Assembly (NCBI GenBank): GCA_964036045.1
Contig: OZ038378.1
Location: 1,240,001 to 1,304,000, forward strand
DNA: 64,000 nt
Direction of reading: 5' to 3'
From: Eutreptiella sp. 'Long Island Sound 2002'
Taxonomy: Eukaryota; Protista; Euglenida
Of this stretch, positions 36,168 through 49,518 are shown one piece after another. Under the pieces are notes generated by a model. The model was given only the letters and a program-made list of their open reading frames with translations. It was not told the DNA's origin and made no database searches. Position numbers and translations under genes: made by a program. Position 1 is the first letter of the stretch. The number at the start of each line of letters is the position of its first letter.

Positions 36168-37610
36168 CCAATTTTCTACATGCAAGTGAAGACCCACAAG
36201 AGAAAATCCATTCGTGAAAATTCGTGGCCTTCCAGACCGATCACAGCACTCACAAGCTGGTTCACTACCCCCCCATCAATCATTTTGAGCACGTTGGGGA
36301 AAATATTTTTGCGCTTCGATGCTTGGCAAGACGCCAAGAACACTCCCCTCACGGATACACTGGATTTTGTACAGCGCATACACAATTTCAAACATTGGGT
36401 GGATGGGGACCACGATCAGTATGTCCTGACCTCCTTTGATTTCACTGCCCTGTACACAAATTTTACGTTCAGTGATTTGAGCAAAGCGTTCCGCTATTGG
36501 CGCGATGAGTGGAAGAACACATGTCTGAATAATTTTGAGATCACATTACATGAGCGTGCATATGTGCGATGGCTCACTGAGCCGATTGGTGAACGATGGT
36601 TTCGATTCATTGATACCTCATTCCCATTTTTCAATATGCAGTACGATCCCGAGGTTTCCCTGGGTGAGGTTTTCCTGCACCTAATTTTTACTCATAATAT
36701 TTTTAAGGCCCCAGGCAGTGGAATTTACAGGCAGGCCCAGGGCTTCTCCATGGGGACGAATTGCGCCCCAGCCTGGGCTAACCTAGCGCTGCGCTGTTTT
36801 GAACGTCTGGGGCAGAAGGCATTGCCATGCATTTTGCTGAGATTTATCGATGATGGCGCGTGTATTCACCACCGCGCCCATACGCCGCAGATCACTGCAA
36901 TGCTTTCCTCTTGGTACCCCCCACACCTGCCTTTTGAGGTTTTGGCTCTGGGTGTGTCAGCGGATATCATTTTCCTGGACCTACATGTCCTGGACCTGCA
37001 TGAACCGAGGTACTGTACCCATTTCAAGCCTACAAACAGTGCCACATACATCCCCTGGTCCAGCAATACCCCCCGAGGTACAAAACTCGGGTGGAGACGG
37101 GGGGAGGGGGTACGTTTCCTTCGTACTAACTCCCATGAACGATATTTCCTGGCGGCCGTAAAGAGGATGAATGGGGCCTGCCGCAGGCTAGGGTACCCCA
37201 AAACGCTCTGCAGTTCCTTGCCTGTGAGTTGGTCTGAGAAGGACAGATACATGACACGAAATTCCAAAACAAAGGGTAGGAGGGTGGGTAGTTTTTTGGA
37301 ATTTTTTCGCATCCATGTGTGGAGAGTGCCATATGAGGCGTGTATTCCCCTGAAGTATGGAGATCCAATTCACAGACTGAACCAACAGATCAAACAATCA
37401 ATTCCTGGGACCAAACTGTTTGCAGTCAACCGTCCACAGCCAAATCTCAGGAAGCGCTGGCACAGAGCGCTGGTAAAAACCCTGAATGATCTGGGGAATG
37501 TCCAGCCAGCTGCAGACAGTTTGTCTATGGATGCCAGCCTGTTGTTGAATTGCAGGGCAGCAGCTGAAAATGGCAACTGCAGCCAGAGTAAGCGCCGCCG
37601 CGTCGCCTGA
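36168..37610 (+). mobile_element. Penelope-like element reverse transcriptase, 5'-truncated, open frame, no endonuclease in this copy
   Basis: PIFYMQVKTHK (motif 1), RPI, FDFTALYTN, QGFSMGTNCAP, RFIDD, FLDL, KPTNSATYIPWSSNTP..GE..R thumb, PQPNLR. The frame begins directly at the CA array, and no GIY-YIG follows the RT. Confidence 0.92.
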
Positions 37611-37820
37611 ACAGGTCGCGCACACTGCCAAAATATCATGTGTTTTGAATATTTGTGAATGCAATTCCTGCGCCATGCACATGTATTTTCAGTGAAGTCA
37701 GTGAACCAGATGTATAATACACCAGATGGAACACGCCAGTAAAATGACGGATGTCTGCATGTGTGATACACGCACTGATGTGAGATAAAGAATGTCTTTT
37801 TGAATATCCTGTGTTATCTC

Positions 37821-37867
37821 ACGCTCAGACTGAGGAGGGCCTAGTGTTGGGCCGCAACCGGTCTCGT
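37821..37867 (+). ncRNA. Degenerate type I hammerhead-ribozyme-like motif
   Basis: CTGAGGA(G), stem GGCCTA-GTGT-TGGGCC, GCAA, CCGGTC. Deviates from CUGANGA..GAAACCGGUC by A>C in GAAA and one extra G; stem I weak. Confidence 0.45.
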
Positions 37868-37994
37868 TTTTTGGCTTTGTTTGTGGACGCTTGCATGTGA
37901 GCCGTGTGTGAAGTAGCCCGTGACCACCGCTGATTTTCTGATTGAGGACCCCTTCTCAGGATTTTCCGGCGAGGACAAGCTCAAAGCTCATCCC

Positions 37995-38100
37995 AAAAAA
38001 TTCCAAAAAAATTCCAAAAAATTCCAAAAAAAATTCCAAAAAAAAATTCCAAAAAATTCCAAAAAATTCCAAAAAAAAAATTCCAAAAAAATTCCAAAAT
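37995..38100 (+). repeat. (AAAAAATTCC)n satellite
   Basis: About ten units with variable A-runs. Confidence 0.97.
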
Positions 38101-38233
38101 CGGTCACTTACGTACACACACACACACACGGCCTCACACACACACACACACACACGGCCTCACACACACACACACACACACACGGCCTCACACACAAACA
38201 CACACACACGGCCTCACACACACACACACACAC
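38101..38233 (+). repeat. CGGTCACTTACGTAC anchor plus CA/GGCCT array, right of the RT
   Basis: Direct repeat of 36044-36167. Confidence 0.95.
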
Positions 38234-38244
38234 TCGCGCATATA

Positions 38245-41200
38245 CTTCTGGATGCCTACAGTTACTAAGCCCGCCACTCCTGCAACACCCGCAACCCCAG
38301 CCATTCCGGCCCCGCGGCCCCTGCATCCTTGGCCATATGCAACCCCAGCCTCTCCTTTAACACCAGCAACCCCAGCCACTCCTTTAACACCCGCAATCCC
38401 AGCCACTCCTTTAACACCCGCAACCCCAGCCATTCCGGCCCCGCGGCGCCTGCATCCTTGGCCATATGCAACCCCAGCCACTCCTTTAACACCCGCAATC
38501 CCAGCCACTCCTTTAACACCCGCAACCCCAGCCATTCCGGCCCCGCGGCGCCTGCATCCTTGGCCATATGCAACCCCAGCCACTCCTTTAACACCCGCAA
38601 TCCCAGCCACTCCTTTAACACCCGCAACCCCAGCCATTCCGGCCCCGCGGCGCCTGCATCCTTGGCCATATGCAACCCCAGCCACTCCTGCAACACCCGC
38701 AACCCCAGCCACTCCGGCCCGGCGTGCTTGGCTATACACGCGTGCAACCCCAGCCACTCCTGCAACACCCGCAACCCTGGCCACTACTGCAACACCTGCA
38801 ACCCCAGCCACTCCGGCAAAACCCGCAACCCCAGCCACTCCTGCAACGCCTTATTCCCCACACACGCCAGCGACCCCTGCAACGCCTGCAACACCCGCAA
38901 CAACGTTTTAGCGGAATGCAACGCCTCAGTGCTATGCAGACGGGCACCCGTCGGGATCCATTTCAATGTACAGACCTGTTCATTGAGTATGTGGTGCACC
39001 GAGCGCCCCGCGAGCTCACCACAACCGAAAGTAGCCCGATGGCCTCCACAGTGAGGCCACGGTTCCTGGTCACTAGTGCCGCATTTCCACTGTTTGGCAT
39101 TCCTGCACGCACCCACCACCAGTGCCAGGCATGCTCACAATTCCTGTGTCGAATACCGCTAGTGCCACTGAAATAGTACCATTTACCCCCCGTTGGGGGT
39201 GCTGTCGCAGTCTATCTTTGCGACCCTCTAAAGGGAATGCAACTTGCCGGCTGTGTCGTAGAGCTCTGTGAGGTGCATCAACATTCTGCCTTCCTCACAT
39301 GGGGGGCACCGAGGTAAAACGGGAACCCAACAGGCCCCCCCCCCCTGGGATTCAATAGGAAGGCGTTGGAATCTCTGCATCCCATATGCTTCTCCGTGCT
39401 TCTGCTCGCTTCTGCCGTGGTTGCACAGGGAAGGAGTGCCTTCTTTCCTCCTCCGTCTCCCACGAGCCCCTCTCTACCCCCCCTCTCTCTATCTTATGTC
39501 TCTATGTCACCATGTCGCTTCCTCTCAAGCCACCTCTGCATTCCCTTATGCATGTGGCGACGCTTCCTGGCGGTCAAGAAGGCCAAGACACCTTTCTTTG
39601 GGAGGTGGTGTGGCCCAAATGTGACCAGTCCGGTTTCTGTTTGAGAGTGCCTTGATGTAATGTATCACTGGTCTGTACATACAGCCTGCATTACAAAGGG
39701 ACAAGAGAATTGGCTGCTCCGGGTCTTTGCTTCAAAAACGTGTGATGGGCAAAGAAAGGTCGGCCGTGCTCAGTGTCGATGCAGCCCCTCCTGTATGACA
39801 CACGCTTGGTAGGATTTCAAGCATATCCACTTGCAGTGTACTGGCCTTTGTGATTTGTGTGGAGTTGAGCTCAAAGTGATCGAGGTTGCAGGGAGTCCGC
39901 GGGATTGTGCACGTTTCCCACACCACCACCACCACCTCAAGCTCACCCCCAACGGATCCAAGAAGGTGAGGGAGGGGGTTCAAAAATGGCGTTACCAAGA
40001 CCCAGGGTCACGAAGGACAGTGACTGAGATGTGGTTATTGAGGAGACGGCTTCCAACCCGTTGCGGCAAATCAGCATGCCCCGCTACGTCGGACCCGAAG
40101 CACAATGTCACAAATCTAGGACCCCAGCTGTGTATTTTTTTTTTTGCACTGTGCATCCCCGCGTTACCCCGGGGGTACTAGGGCAGCTGTGTATTGGCAT
40201 GTGTATGTGTAGATGTATGGTGTTTGTGTGGGGATGATGCGCAGCCAACTGCAGCCAGCTGAGGGGACTAGCACGGCAGCCAAAGCATGTAGGTGAAGCT
40301 CTTGTAGTGGTGCAGAGTGCCTGGCACGCCGTTTGGGACTGGGCCAAAAGAACCTCGCTATGTATTGTGCCAGTGCCCACTGAGACCACCCCAATTCAAA
40401 CCCACAAGGAACCTACGAGGATGGCTCATGCATGCTGCGCAGGGTGCAGGCTCACTGTGCAATTTGAGCCCGACTAGCGTAGAACCATGGTAACAATGAA
40501 TGTTGTCCAAAAGCAGGTATCCTTGGCCATATGCAACCCCAGCCACTCCTGCAACACCGGCAACCCCAGCCATTCCGGCCCCAGGGCCCCTGCATCCTTG
40601 GCCATATGCAACCCCAGCCACTCCTGCAACACCGGCAACCCCAGCCAGTCCGGTCCCGCGGCCCATGCATCCTTGGCCATATGCAACCCCAGCCACTCCT
40701 GCAACACCGGCAACCCCAGCCATTCCGGCCCGGCGTGCTTGGCTATACACGCGTGCAACCCCAGCCACTCCTGCAACACCCGCAACCCTGGCCACTACTG
40801 CAACACCTGCAACCCCAGCCACTCCGGCAAAACCCGCAACCCCAGCCACTCCTGCAACGCCTTATTCCCCACACACGCCAGCGACCCCTGCAACGCCTGC
40901 AACACCCGCAACAACGTTTTAGCGGAATGCAACGCCTCAGTGCTATGCAGACAGGCACATGTCGGGATCCATTTCAATGTACAGACCTGTTCATTGAGTA
41001 TGTGGTGCACCGAGCGCCCCGCGAGCTCACCACAACCGAAAGTAGCCCGATGGCCTCCACAGTGAGGCCACGGTTCCTGGTCACTAGTGCCGCATTTCCA
41101 CTGTTTGGCATTCCTGCACGCACCCACCACCAGTGCCAGGCATGCTCACAATTCCTGTGTCGAATGCCGCTAGTGCCACTGAATTAGTACCATCCAACCC

Positions 41201-43554
41201 CCGTTGGGGGTGCTGTCGCAGTCTATCTTTGCGACCCTCTAAAGGGAATGCAACTTGCCGGCTGTGTCGTAGAGCTCTGTGAGGTGCATCAACATTCTGC
41301 CTTCCTCACATGGGGGGCACCGAGGTAAAACGGGAACCCAACAGGCCCCCCCCCCCTGGGATTCAATAGGAAGGCGTTGGAATCTCTGCATCCCATATGC
41401 TTCTCCGTGCTTCTGCTCGCTTCTGCCGTGGTTGCACAGGGAAGTCGTGCCTTCTCTCCTCCTCCGTCTCCCATGAGCCCCTCTCTACCCCCCCTCTCTC
41501 TATCGTATGTCTCTATGTCACCATGTCGCTTCCTCTCCAGCCACCTCTGCATTCCCTTATGCATGTGGCCACGCTTCCTGGCGGTCAAGAAGGCCAAGAC
41601 ACCTTTCTTTGGGAGGTGGTGTGGCCCAAATGTGACCAGTCCGGTTTCTGTTTGAGAGTGCCTTGATGTAATGTATCGCTGGTCTGTACATACAGCCTGC
41701 ATTAAAAAGGGGCAAGAGAATTGGCTGCTCCGGGTCTTTGCTTCAAAAACGTGTGATGGGCAAAGAAAGGTCGGCCGTGCTCAGTGTCGATGCAGCCCCT
41801 CCTGTATGACACACGCTTGGTAGGATTTCAAGCATATCCACTTGCAGTGTACTGGCCTTTGTGATTTGTGTGGAGTTGAGCTCAAAGTGATCGAGGTTGC
41901 AGGGAGTCCGCGGGATTGTGCACGTTTCCCACACCACCACCACCACCTCAAGCTCACCCCCAACGGATCCAAGAAGGTGAGGGAGGGGGTTCAAAAATGG
42001 CGTTACCAAGACCCAGGGTCACGAAGGACAGTGACTGAGATGTGGTTATTGAGGAGACGGCTTCCAACCCGTTGCAGCAAATCAGCATGCCCCGCTACGT
42101 CGGACCCGAAGCACATTGTCACAAATCTAGGACCCCAGCTGTGTATTTTTTTTTTGCACTGTGCATCCCCGCGTTACCCCGGGGGTACTAGGGCAGCTGT
42201 GTATTGGCATGTGTATGTGTAGATGTATGGTGTTTGTGTGGGGATGATGCGCAGCCAACTGCAGCCAGCTGAGGGGACTAGCACGGCAGCCAAAGCATGT
42301 AGGTGAAGCTCTTGTAGTGGTGCAGAGTGCCTGGCACGCCGTTTGGGACTGGGCCAAAAGAACCTCGCTATGTATTGTGCCAGTGCCCACTGAGACCACC
42401 CCAATTCAAACCCACAAGGAACCTACGAGGATGGCTCATGCATGCTGCGCAGGGTGTAGGCTCACTGTGCAATTTGAGCCCGACTAGCGTAGAACCATGG
42501 TAACAATGAATGTTGTCCAAAAGCAGGTATCCTTGGCCAGATGCAACCCGAGCCACTCCTGCAACACCGGCAACCCCAGCCATTCCAGCCCCAGGGCCCC
42601 TGCATCCTTGGCCATATGCAACCCCAGCCACTCCTGCAACACCGGCAACCCCAGCCAGTCCGGTCCCGCGGCCCATGCATCCTTGGCCATATGCAACCCC
42701 AGCCACTCCTGCAACACCGGCAACCCCAGCCATTCCGGCCCGGCGTGCTTGGCTATACACGCGTGCAACCCCAGCCACTCCTGCAACACCCGCAACCCTG
42801 GCCACTACTGCAACACCTGCAACCCCAGCCACTCCGGCAAAACCCGCAACCCCAGCCACTCCTGCAACGCCTTATTCCCCACACACGCCAGCGACCCCTG
42901 CAACGCCTGCAACACCCGCAACAACGTTTTAGCGGAATGCAACGCCTCAGTGCTATGCAGACGGGCACCTGTCGGGATCCATTTCAATGTACAGACCTGT
43001 TCATTGAGTATGTGGTGCACCGAGCGCCCCGCGAGCTCACCACAACCGAAAGTAGCCCGATGGCCTCCACAGTGAGGCCACGGTTCCTGGTCACTAGTGC
43101 CGCATTTCCACTGTTTGGCATTCCTGCACGCACCCACCACCAGTGCCAGGCATGCTCACAATTCCTGTGTCGAATACCGCTAGTGCCACTGAAATAGTAC
43201 CATTTACCCCCCGTTGGGGGTGCTGTCGCAGTCTATCTTTGCGACCCTCTAAAGGGAATGCAACTTGCCGGCTGTGTCGTAGAGCTCTGTGAGGTGCATC
43301 AACATTCTGCCTTCCTCACATGGGGGGCACCGAGGTAAAACGGGAACCCAACAGCCCCCCCCCCCCTGGGATTCAATAGGAAGGCGTTGGAATCTCTGCA
43401 TCCCATATGCTTCTCCGTGCTTCTGCTCGCTTCTGCCGTGGTTGCACAGGGAAGGAGCGCCTTCTCTCCTCCTCCGTCTCCCATGAGCCCCTCTCTACCC
43501 CCCCTCTCTCTATCTTATGTCTCTATGTCACCATGTCGCTTCCTCTCAAGCCAC
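38245..43554. repeat. 2010-bp tandem repeat (about 2.5 units) with an internal 9/27-bp GCAACCCCAGCCACTCCT minisatellite
   Basis: Landmarks recur 2010 bp apart (for example 40491 and 42501; ORF pairs 40358/42368 and 40795/42805). Confidence 0.97.
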
Positions 43555-45769
43555 GGGAGTGGAGATGTTCCATTTTGCACATCCTCACACCCCCTCCCAC
43601 CAGCGGATGGTGCGTTTGTTGAGCACGCTCGCATTCCCTTTCCAGACCGGAGAGTGTATGGCTTGTGTCAAATCCAAATGGGGCGGGGTCACATGACGGT
43701 GGATTGCCGTGCCTCTGCCTCATTTACCAGTAACCTCAAGCATTGGGATGCCCGACTGTTCACACCCAATGCCTTCACTATACGCACAGCGCGTCCATCT
43801 GTCTGCAGAACGGCGCCAAGCCTTATGCGCAGTTGTGTCGCACATGGCCTGAGGAGACTCTGACACTCTGCCGTGTCCTTGTATGTGTGCGTGCGTGCGT
43901 GCGTGTGTGTGTGCGTGCGTGTGTACCCGGAAACCGAAGTCGAGCCTGAAGACGCTCGAAGTCTTTAGGCCGCGCACAGCTCTGCTGTGTTCTGTACATA
44001 ACTGTGGACGCGGTGTGCCGTACCCTGCCTTAGCCCTTCCGCCTCGGGCTCTCCCCTCACCGGTCATGTGGGCCCCGCAGCGTCGCAACTTCGCTCGCGC
44101 TGTGCGGGGGACGGATCCCCATTTTCCCAGTCATTGTTGCTTTGACGTGACCCTCCACATCCCGATTTATGCCCTTCGGCCCTTGTAGCCGCATGGCATT
44201 GCACAGTTTTCGTGTGCTTGGCCCGTGCTTGTGCATGGCGGGCCCATCGCCCCCTTTGGGGGTGTTGCACACTCGGCCACAAGGGCGTCATCAGGGTTTC
44301 GGCGCCGGACGCCCTGTGAGCCCCTGGGCACCTGTCAGTGACACACAACTGAGCACCAATGGTCCATTGGAAGGGCAATCACACCACCTTTGCTGCCATG
44401 GCAGCCTCAGACACACACTGGATTTTCGACGTGCATTGTCCGGTGTTTCCCCTGAGTTTCTGCTTTGGCGCGCCCGAACCGCGGTACACGTGTGTGGGGG
44501 GCTTCTCCCGCTCCTTTTGTCCCCGGCTCAAGGGCTCAGCCCTTCCGCCACAGGATCGTGGGGGAGCACTTGATGCGGTGCGTGCGGCGTTGAGATTTGG
44601 TTGTCTGGACTGGCCAAGCACACGCACTTTAGCCCGCAGCCTCTTCTGATTGCGTTTGTCGAACCTTCCGGTGCTATTGTGAGGTGTTTGTCTCAGATAT
44701 GGCCTCAGGTATGGTGCTCCCTTTGAGACATCTCCACATGCCCTCTCCCTACAAGTTTGTGGGAAGGAGGGGTGTTTATGCAATTCCTTTTTGCTCTCCT
44801 GCCATTTTTTGGGGGGTTAAAAGTCTGTCCGTCCGGGTGTACTCGCCGCAAACCTAGCACGCGGCGCGCACGCTGCGCAACTAGCCCCCCCCCCCCCGTG
44901 TGGCAGGGCTCTGACCTCACCGGTCATGTGGGCGCCGCAGCATCGCAAGTTTGCGCCTGACGGTCTTCGAGACGGATCCCCGTGTTCCCAGATGTTTTTC
45001 ATGTGTCGTGAACCTCCTCCTCCCCCCATGTTATCAGTAAGGTGTTGCTTCGTGGATGGTACAGGGCATACAGAGACCGTGGCGGATATTGCAGAGCACA
45101 CAGGTGACACATTGTTGCTGTCCACATGTCCACAGTGGCAGGACACAGCCCTCTGTAAAGCAAAGGTAAGGCCAGTGTCGTCCACCGTTCACTACCACAG
45201 CCACAAGCATAAAGCATCAACGGATTAAGCTGTTTGTTGGGGATGAAGGGTCATGCAGGTCATTGAATCCTCAAAACGCCTGTGTTGATCTGATGCCTCA
45301 TACCCACAGTTGTACATAGTAGACATCCGAGTTGCGTTGCTTGATTTGCTGCGAATCCCTTTGATGCGCCAGCCTTTCCGTAGGAGTCATGATGGTGAGT
45401 GTTGTCGGCTACAGCAAACCACCTTTGCAGCGCTTTGTCCTGAATGCTCGTTGCCCCGGGATCAGTCAAGTGATTCGCTGCCTCTGGAGATATGTACACC
45501 GGTGCCTCTGTTGATGTGTGTCTTGCATTCACCACATTCCACAAGGCGTTGTGAATCCCGGAAACTGCCGTAGGCCGATAGCTTTTCGTGTGCGATTTTC
45601 AGAGCCCTGCCATTGGAAACTAATGCCTACAACTTAGGGGAGTTTCCAGGCAGTTGGATTACTGGGAAGGTCAATTCCCTTCCTTGCTGACAACGGAGGC
45701 TTTTGTGTGCTGAATTTGAGCTATCCATGATGTCACCGCCTGGTAGTAGCAAAGGACGGGCACAGAAAT

Positions 45770-46360
45770 TGCCAATTTTTCTGCTTCCAGCACTATCTGT
45801 CCCACACACAGACCAGCAATTTTTGTTTCATCCACATCCTGTGCTGGAAAACAAAACCTCACAGCATTATCTGTTCCATCCCCAGGCTCTGCTGGGAGGC
45901 AAAACCTGCCACCATTATCTATCCCATCCATGGGCTATGCTGGAAGGCAAACCCTACTGGCATTGTCTGTGCCATCCGCATATGAGTTTGGTAGGCAAAA
46001 CCTACCAGCTTTATATCTCCCATACACAGGCCAAGCTGGCAGGCAAACCCATGAGCATTATCCGTCCCATCCATATCTCTAGAGATATGCCATGCCATTA
46101 GGCAAAACCTCCCAGCCTTTTCTCTCCCGTCCACAGCGAGTTTGGTAGCCAAAACCTGCAAGCATCATCTCCCAAAGGCCAGGCTGGCAGGCAAACAACT
46201 GGCACTACCTGTCTCATCCACAGGCTGTGCCAATAGGCAAAGCCTACCAGCATAATCTGCCCCAGCCACAGAGCATTAAGCAAATTGTACCACCTTTTTT
46301 TTGTCCCATCCACATGTCACACTAGTAGGCAAACCTTGCAAGCATTATCTGTCACTAGGC
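45770..46360 (+). repeat. Degenerate tandem repeat of about 45-50 bp (GGCAAAACCTACCAGCATTATCTGTCCCATCC core), block 1
   Basis: Core recurs roughly ten times. Confidence 0.8.
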
Positions 46361-47044
46361 AGGTGAAAAATTCGTTTGCCGGGGGAGGTCACTTGAGCCC
46401 CCCAAAATAGTGGGGGCTGGTGGTGGGGAACAGGGGCTCCCGTGACTGTGCAGTACTAAGGAGGGGAACGTTGGTTGTAGGGTTACCCTTAACTATCCCT
46501 GCATCTTACCCCATTCTGCCCCTTGCTTCGCTTTTAGAGAATGCAACCCCCCCCCCCTTTTGGCCTTGTGCCAAGCCCCCCCCCCTCTCCCTTCCAATCA
46601 GGTCTGGTTTGGAGAATGACGATGCAGCCAACCCTTTTCATTTGTGAGTGCCCCTCTCTTTGAGGTCCCCCCTTTATTGGGGGGGGGGCACTTTGTTAGA
46701 TTCAAACTCCAGCAGTGAGTCTGAGATGTCAGGGTAATACCAGAAGAAAAGAAATGGTGCCAATGGGAGGCCAGGGTGGCTAGTGGATTTTGACTACCAG
46801 TCTAGCTAGTGGATAGGACAATTAGGTAGGTTGTGCCTCCCAATTTGGCTTGCGGATGGGACAGATAAATGCTTGTAGGTTTTCCTGTGAGATGACCTGT
46901 GGATGGGACACATAATTATTCTACCCCCCCCCTCCCTTGCACAGGCAATACATAATAATTGTACCCCCCCCCCCTGCACAGGCAATACCAAAAGGCTTCA
47001 CCAAGTCGTGGTGCTTGCGCAAGGGGGGGTGCTTGCGCAAGGGG

Positions 47045-47282
47045 CGTTCATGAATGTGCATCACACCACCCTGTTGAACGCGTTCGCCCGGACAAGGGTT
47101 TTTTGGGGGGCTTCTGCCCCGTGGGAAATAGGCTCAGTCACTCAAGCCCCTTTTCCCAACCCCCCCCCCCCGAAAAGGGGCTTGAGTGACTGAGCCTATT
47201 TCCCACGGGGCAGAAGCCCCCCAAAAAACCCTTGTCCGGGCGAACGCGTTCAACAGGGTGGTGTGATGCACATTCATGAACG
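47045..47282. repeat. Perfect inverted repeat with 111-bp arms and a 16-nt spacer
   Basis: 47045-47155 is the reverse complement of 47172-47282; spacer CCAAC followed by a C-run. Confidence 0.95.
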
Positions 47283-47384
47283 GTGTTTTGTAGTCTATGC
47301 ACAACGCTTAACATTGGTGCCAATGGTGGTGGTATTTTTGTTGAAGAGCACATGGCCTCCGGTCCTTTCTGGTTAAAAGTCCCA

Positions 47385-47660
47385 TGCACAGGCTAGGTTG
47401 ATAGGCAAAACCTACTAACATTATCTGTTCATTGGCTAGGCGGGTGAGCGAACTTGCAAGTATTGAATGTTGCATCCATAGGCTATGCAGGTGGCAAAAC
47501 CTACCAGCATTACCTGTCCCATGCACAGGCTATGCTGGTAAACAACATTTACCAACATTAGCTGTCCCCCCGACAAGTCATGCGGCAAAACCTACCAACA
47601 TTATGGGCCCCATCCACAGGCAATGTTGGCAGGCAAAATCTACCAGCATTTATCTGTCCT
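47385..47660 (+). repeat. Tandem repeat of about 45-50 bp, block 2
   Basis: Same core as 45770-46360. Confidence 0.8.
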
Positions 47661-49518
47661 ATCGCGCCCGAGGCCAGTGACATATGTGGTCTTTTCTTGT
47701 TGCTCCGAATCAATTGTGTTTGTTGATAGTGCAGCAAATACTTGCTGCAAGGCAACATTTTAGTGATGTACCCATTTGTTTTACTTGTGTTCACGGACGG
47801 CTTTGAGGTCGTGACACAGATTTGAGAGGATTGCTTGCTGCTCTCTGGAGGGCGGATTTGGAATTATTTCTGCTGGTTTGGCGTGAAATTTCTGGAGACT
47901 TGGGGCGGGCAAGTATTTTTTTTCATTATTCTTGGTTTGCACGAGAGGGAGGAGGATGCCTTTTCTCAATTTGAGAGAAGCCACAATGTTCAGCAAGGTG
48001 TTCCAAGTGCAGTTGCTTCAACAATGCACCGGCACAGTAGCAAGAGCACAGAGGTGAGGGCAGAAAAAGTCAGCCATGTGCCCTAGCGCTCCAGCAGTTC
48101 GAGCGTTTGGGTTGGCCCAATGCAGCCCCAAGTGTGATCCATTTTGGATTGTGGAAAGAGTTGATGATGTGCATGATAGGATTTTTTTTTTTGAAGAACA
48201 TTCACCTTTGCACCTTTGAGGGTTTGTTGCAATTTGTGTTACTACCTTCATGAATGAGGAATTTTATTGTGTATCAAGGTCTTTGCAAATTAAGCATTTT
48301 GTGGTGCATCAAGATTTTTTTTGTGCATGCGGAGCTTGGCTCTACACTGCATGGTTGAAGGAAGACTTGGTGAAATTGGGGCTCCTATGGCAGTACGCGC
48401 GGCGTGCTGCGGCTTTTGGTGGATTTCTTGGCTCCCATCCATTTTCCGGGGGTAGGAAGGGGATGGGGGGGGGGTTTCACCTCCATGTCAGATCCATGAT
48501 CCGGTCCATTTTGGGGGGCACATCATGATGTATTCACTTGTTGTACCGCAACATTTGGGGCGCCTCAAGCGCAGTGCGCGCGCAGTGCACATGCGGTGCA
48601 ACTATTGGGGCGTTTAGCTGTACTAGAGACCCATCTTTTGTGATACTAGGGGCATCATTGTTGCCCCTAGCGTAGGTTTTGATGCGTCTTCCACATTGGG
48701 GATATGGCATTTTGCATTTTCACCCACTTTCACCCATTTCCACCCCTTTTCACACTTTTTTGCTCATCTCCACCATGGACTCCCACACTTTGGTGTGGGC
48801 CCTTGAGTTGGGGTGACGGACTCCCCGGTTTTTGCATGACCACGGTCGAATGCCCTATGCAAGGCCGCATCACTGCTGATGAGGATGCGTGGTTGTACCA
48901 CAAGTGGAAACCGGAGGTTGGCGTAGATTCCCTCCTGCAAGCCATTTTGCCCCCCGGTCCAGTTGAGGATGATGTGGACACATACGAGGCTTTGGCACTA
49001 GCTGGTAGGGTGAGTGAGCTTTCAAATGCCGCCAGTCCGGAGCATTCTGATTTTGTACTTAGATGACAATTGAACAGAAAAGAGGATATGTGTGTGGCAG
49101 GGGAAGGTAGCTTGCATTTGTCTTCAGCGAGGTTAGTTTGGGTGACCTAAATTTAGGGGCATTTGGAAGGGGTGTGCCTGGGGGTTCTTTAGGGAGGACC
49201 TAGTCGAAAAATTGCGCGCAGTGCGCGCGCAGTGCAAGGATTCCCCCATTGGAACACAAATGCACAGCCAATGGACATACACGTGCAGAGAGCACACACT
49301 ATACGGCTCATAGCTCATGATGTAAAACATCCAGGACACCGACAGGGGCAATGAGTCAAGGGAACATGCTATTGGCGTTGTGTTGTGTCACGTGAGGGAG
49401 TATTCCCCCATGCCATACTTGCATGAGTTGCTTATTGGGTTGGGGGGATGGCTCAAACATCGTGCAGGTCGATTACTGTGCTCCCAACTGCAGCCTCCAG
49501 TGAAATGATGGTGCAGCA

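Noticed and set aside
37930-38106. Second hammerhead (CTGATTGAGG ... AAAATCGGTC) with the A-rich satellite in stem II
   Set aside because: The core is non-canonical and no stem II pairing could be built.
38188-43197. ATPATP / GVAGVA collagen-like ORFs
   Set aside because: Products of the 9/27-bp minisatellite; open on both strands, with no start or splice context.
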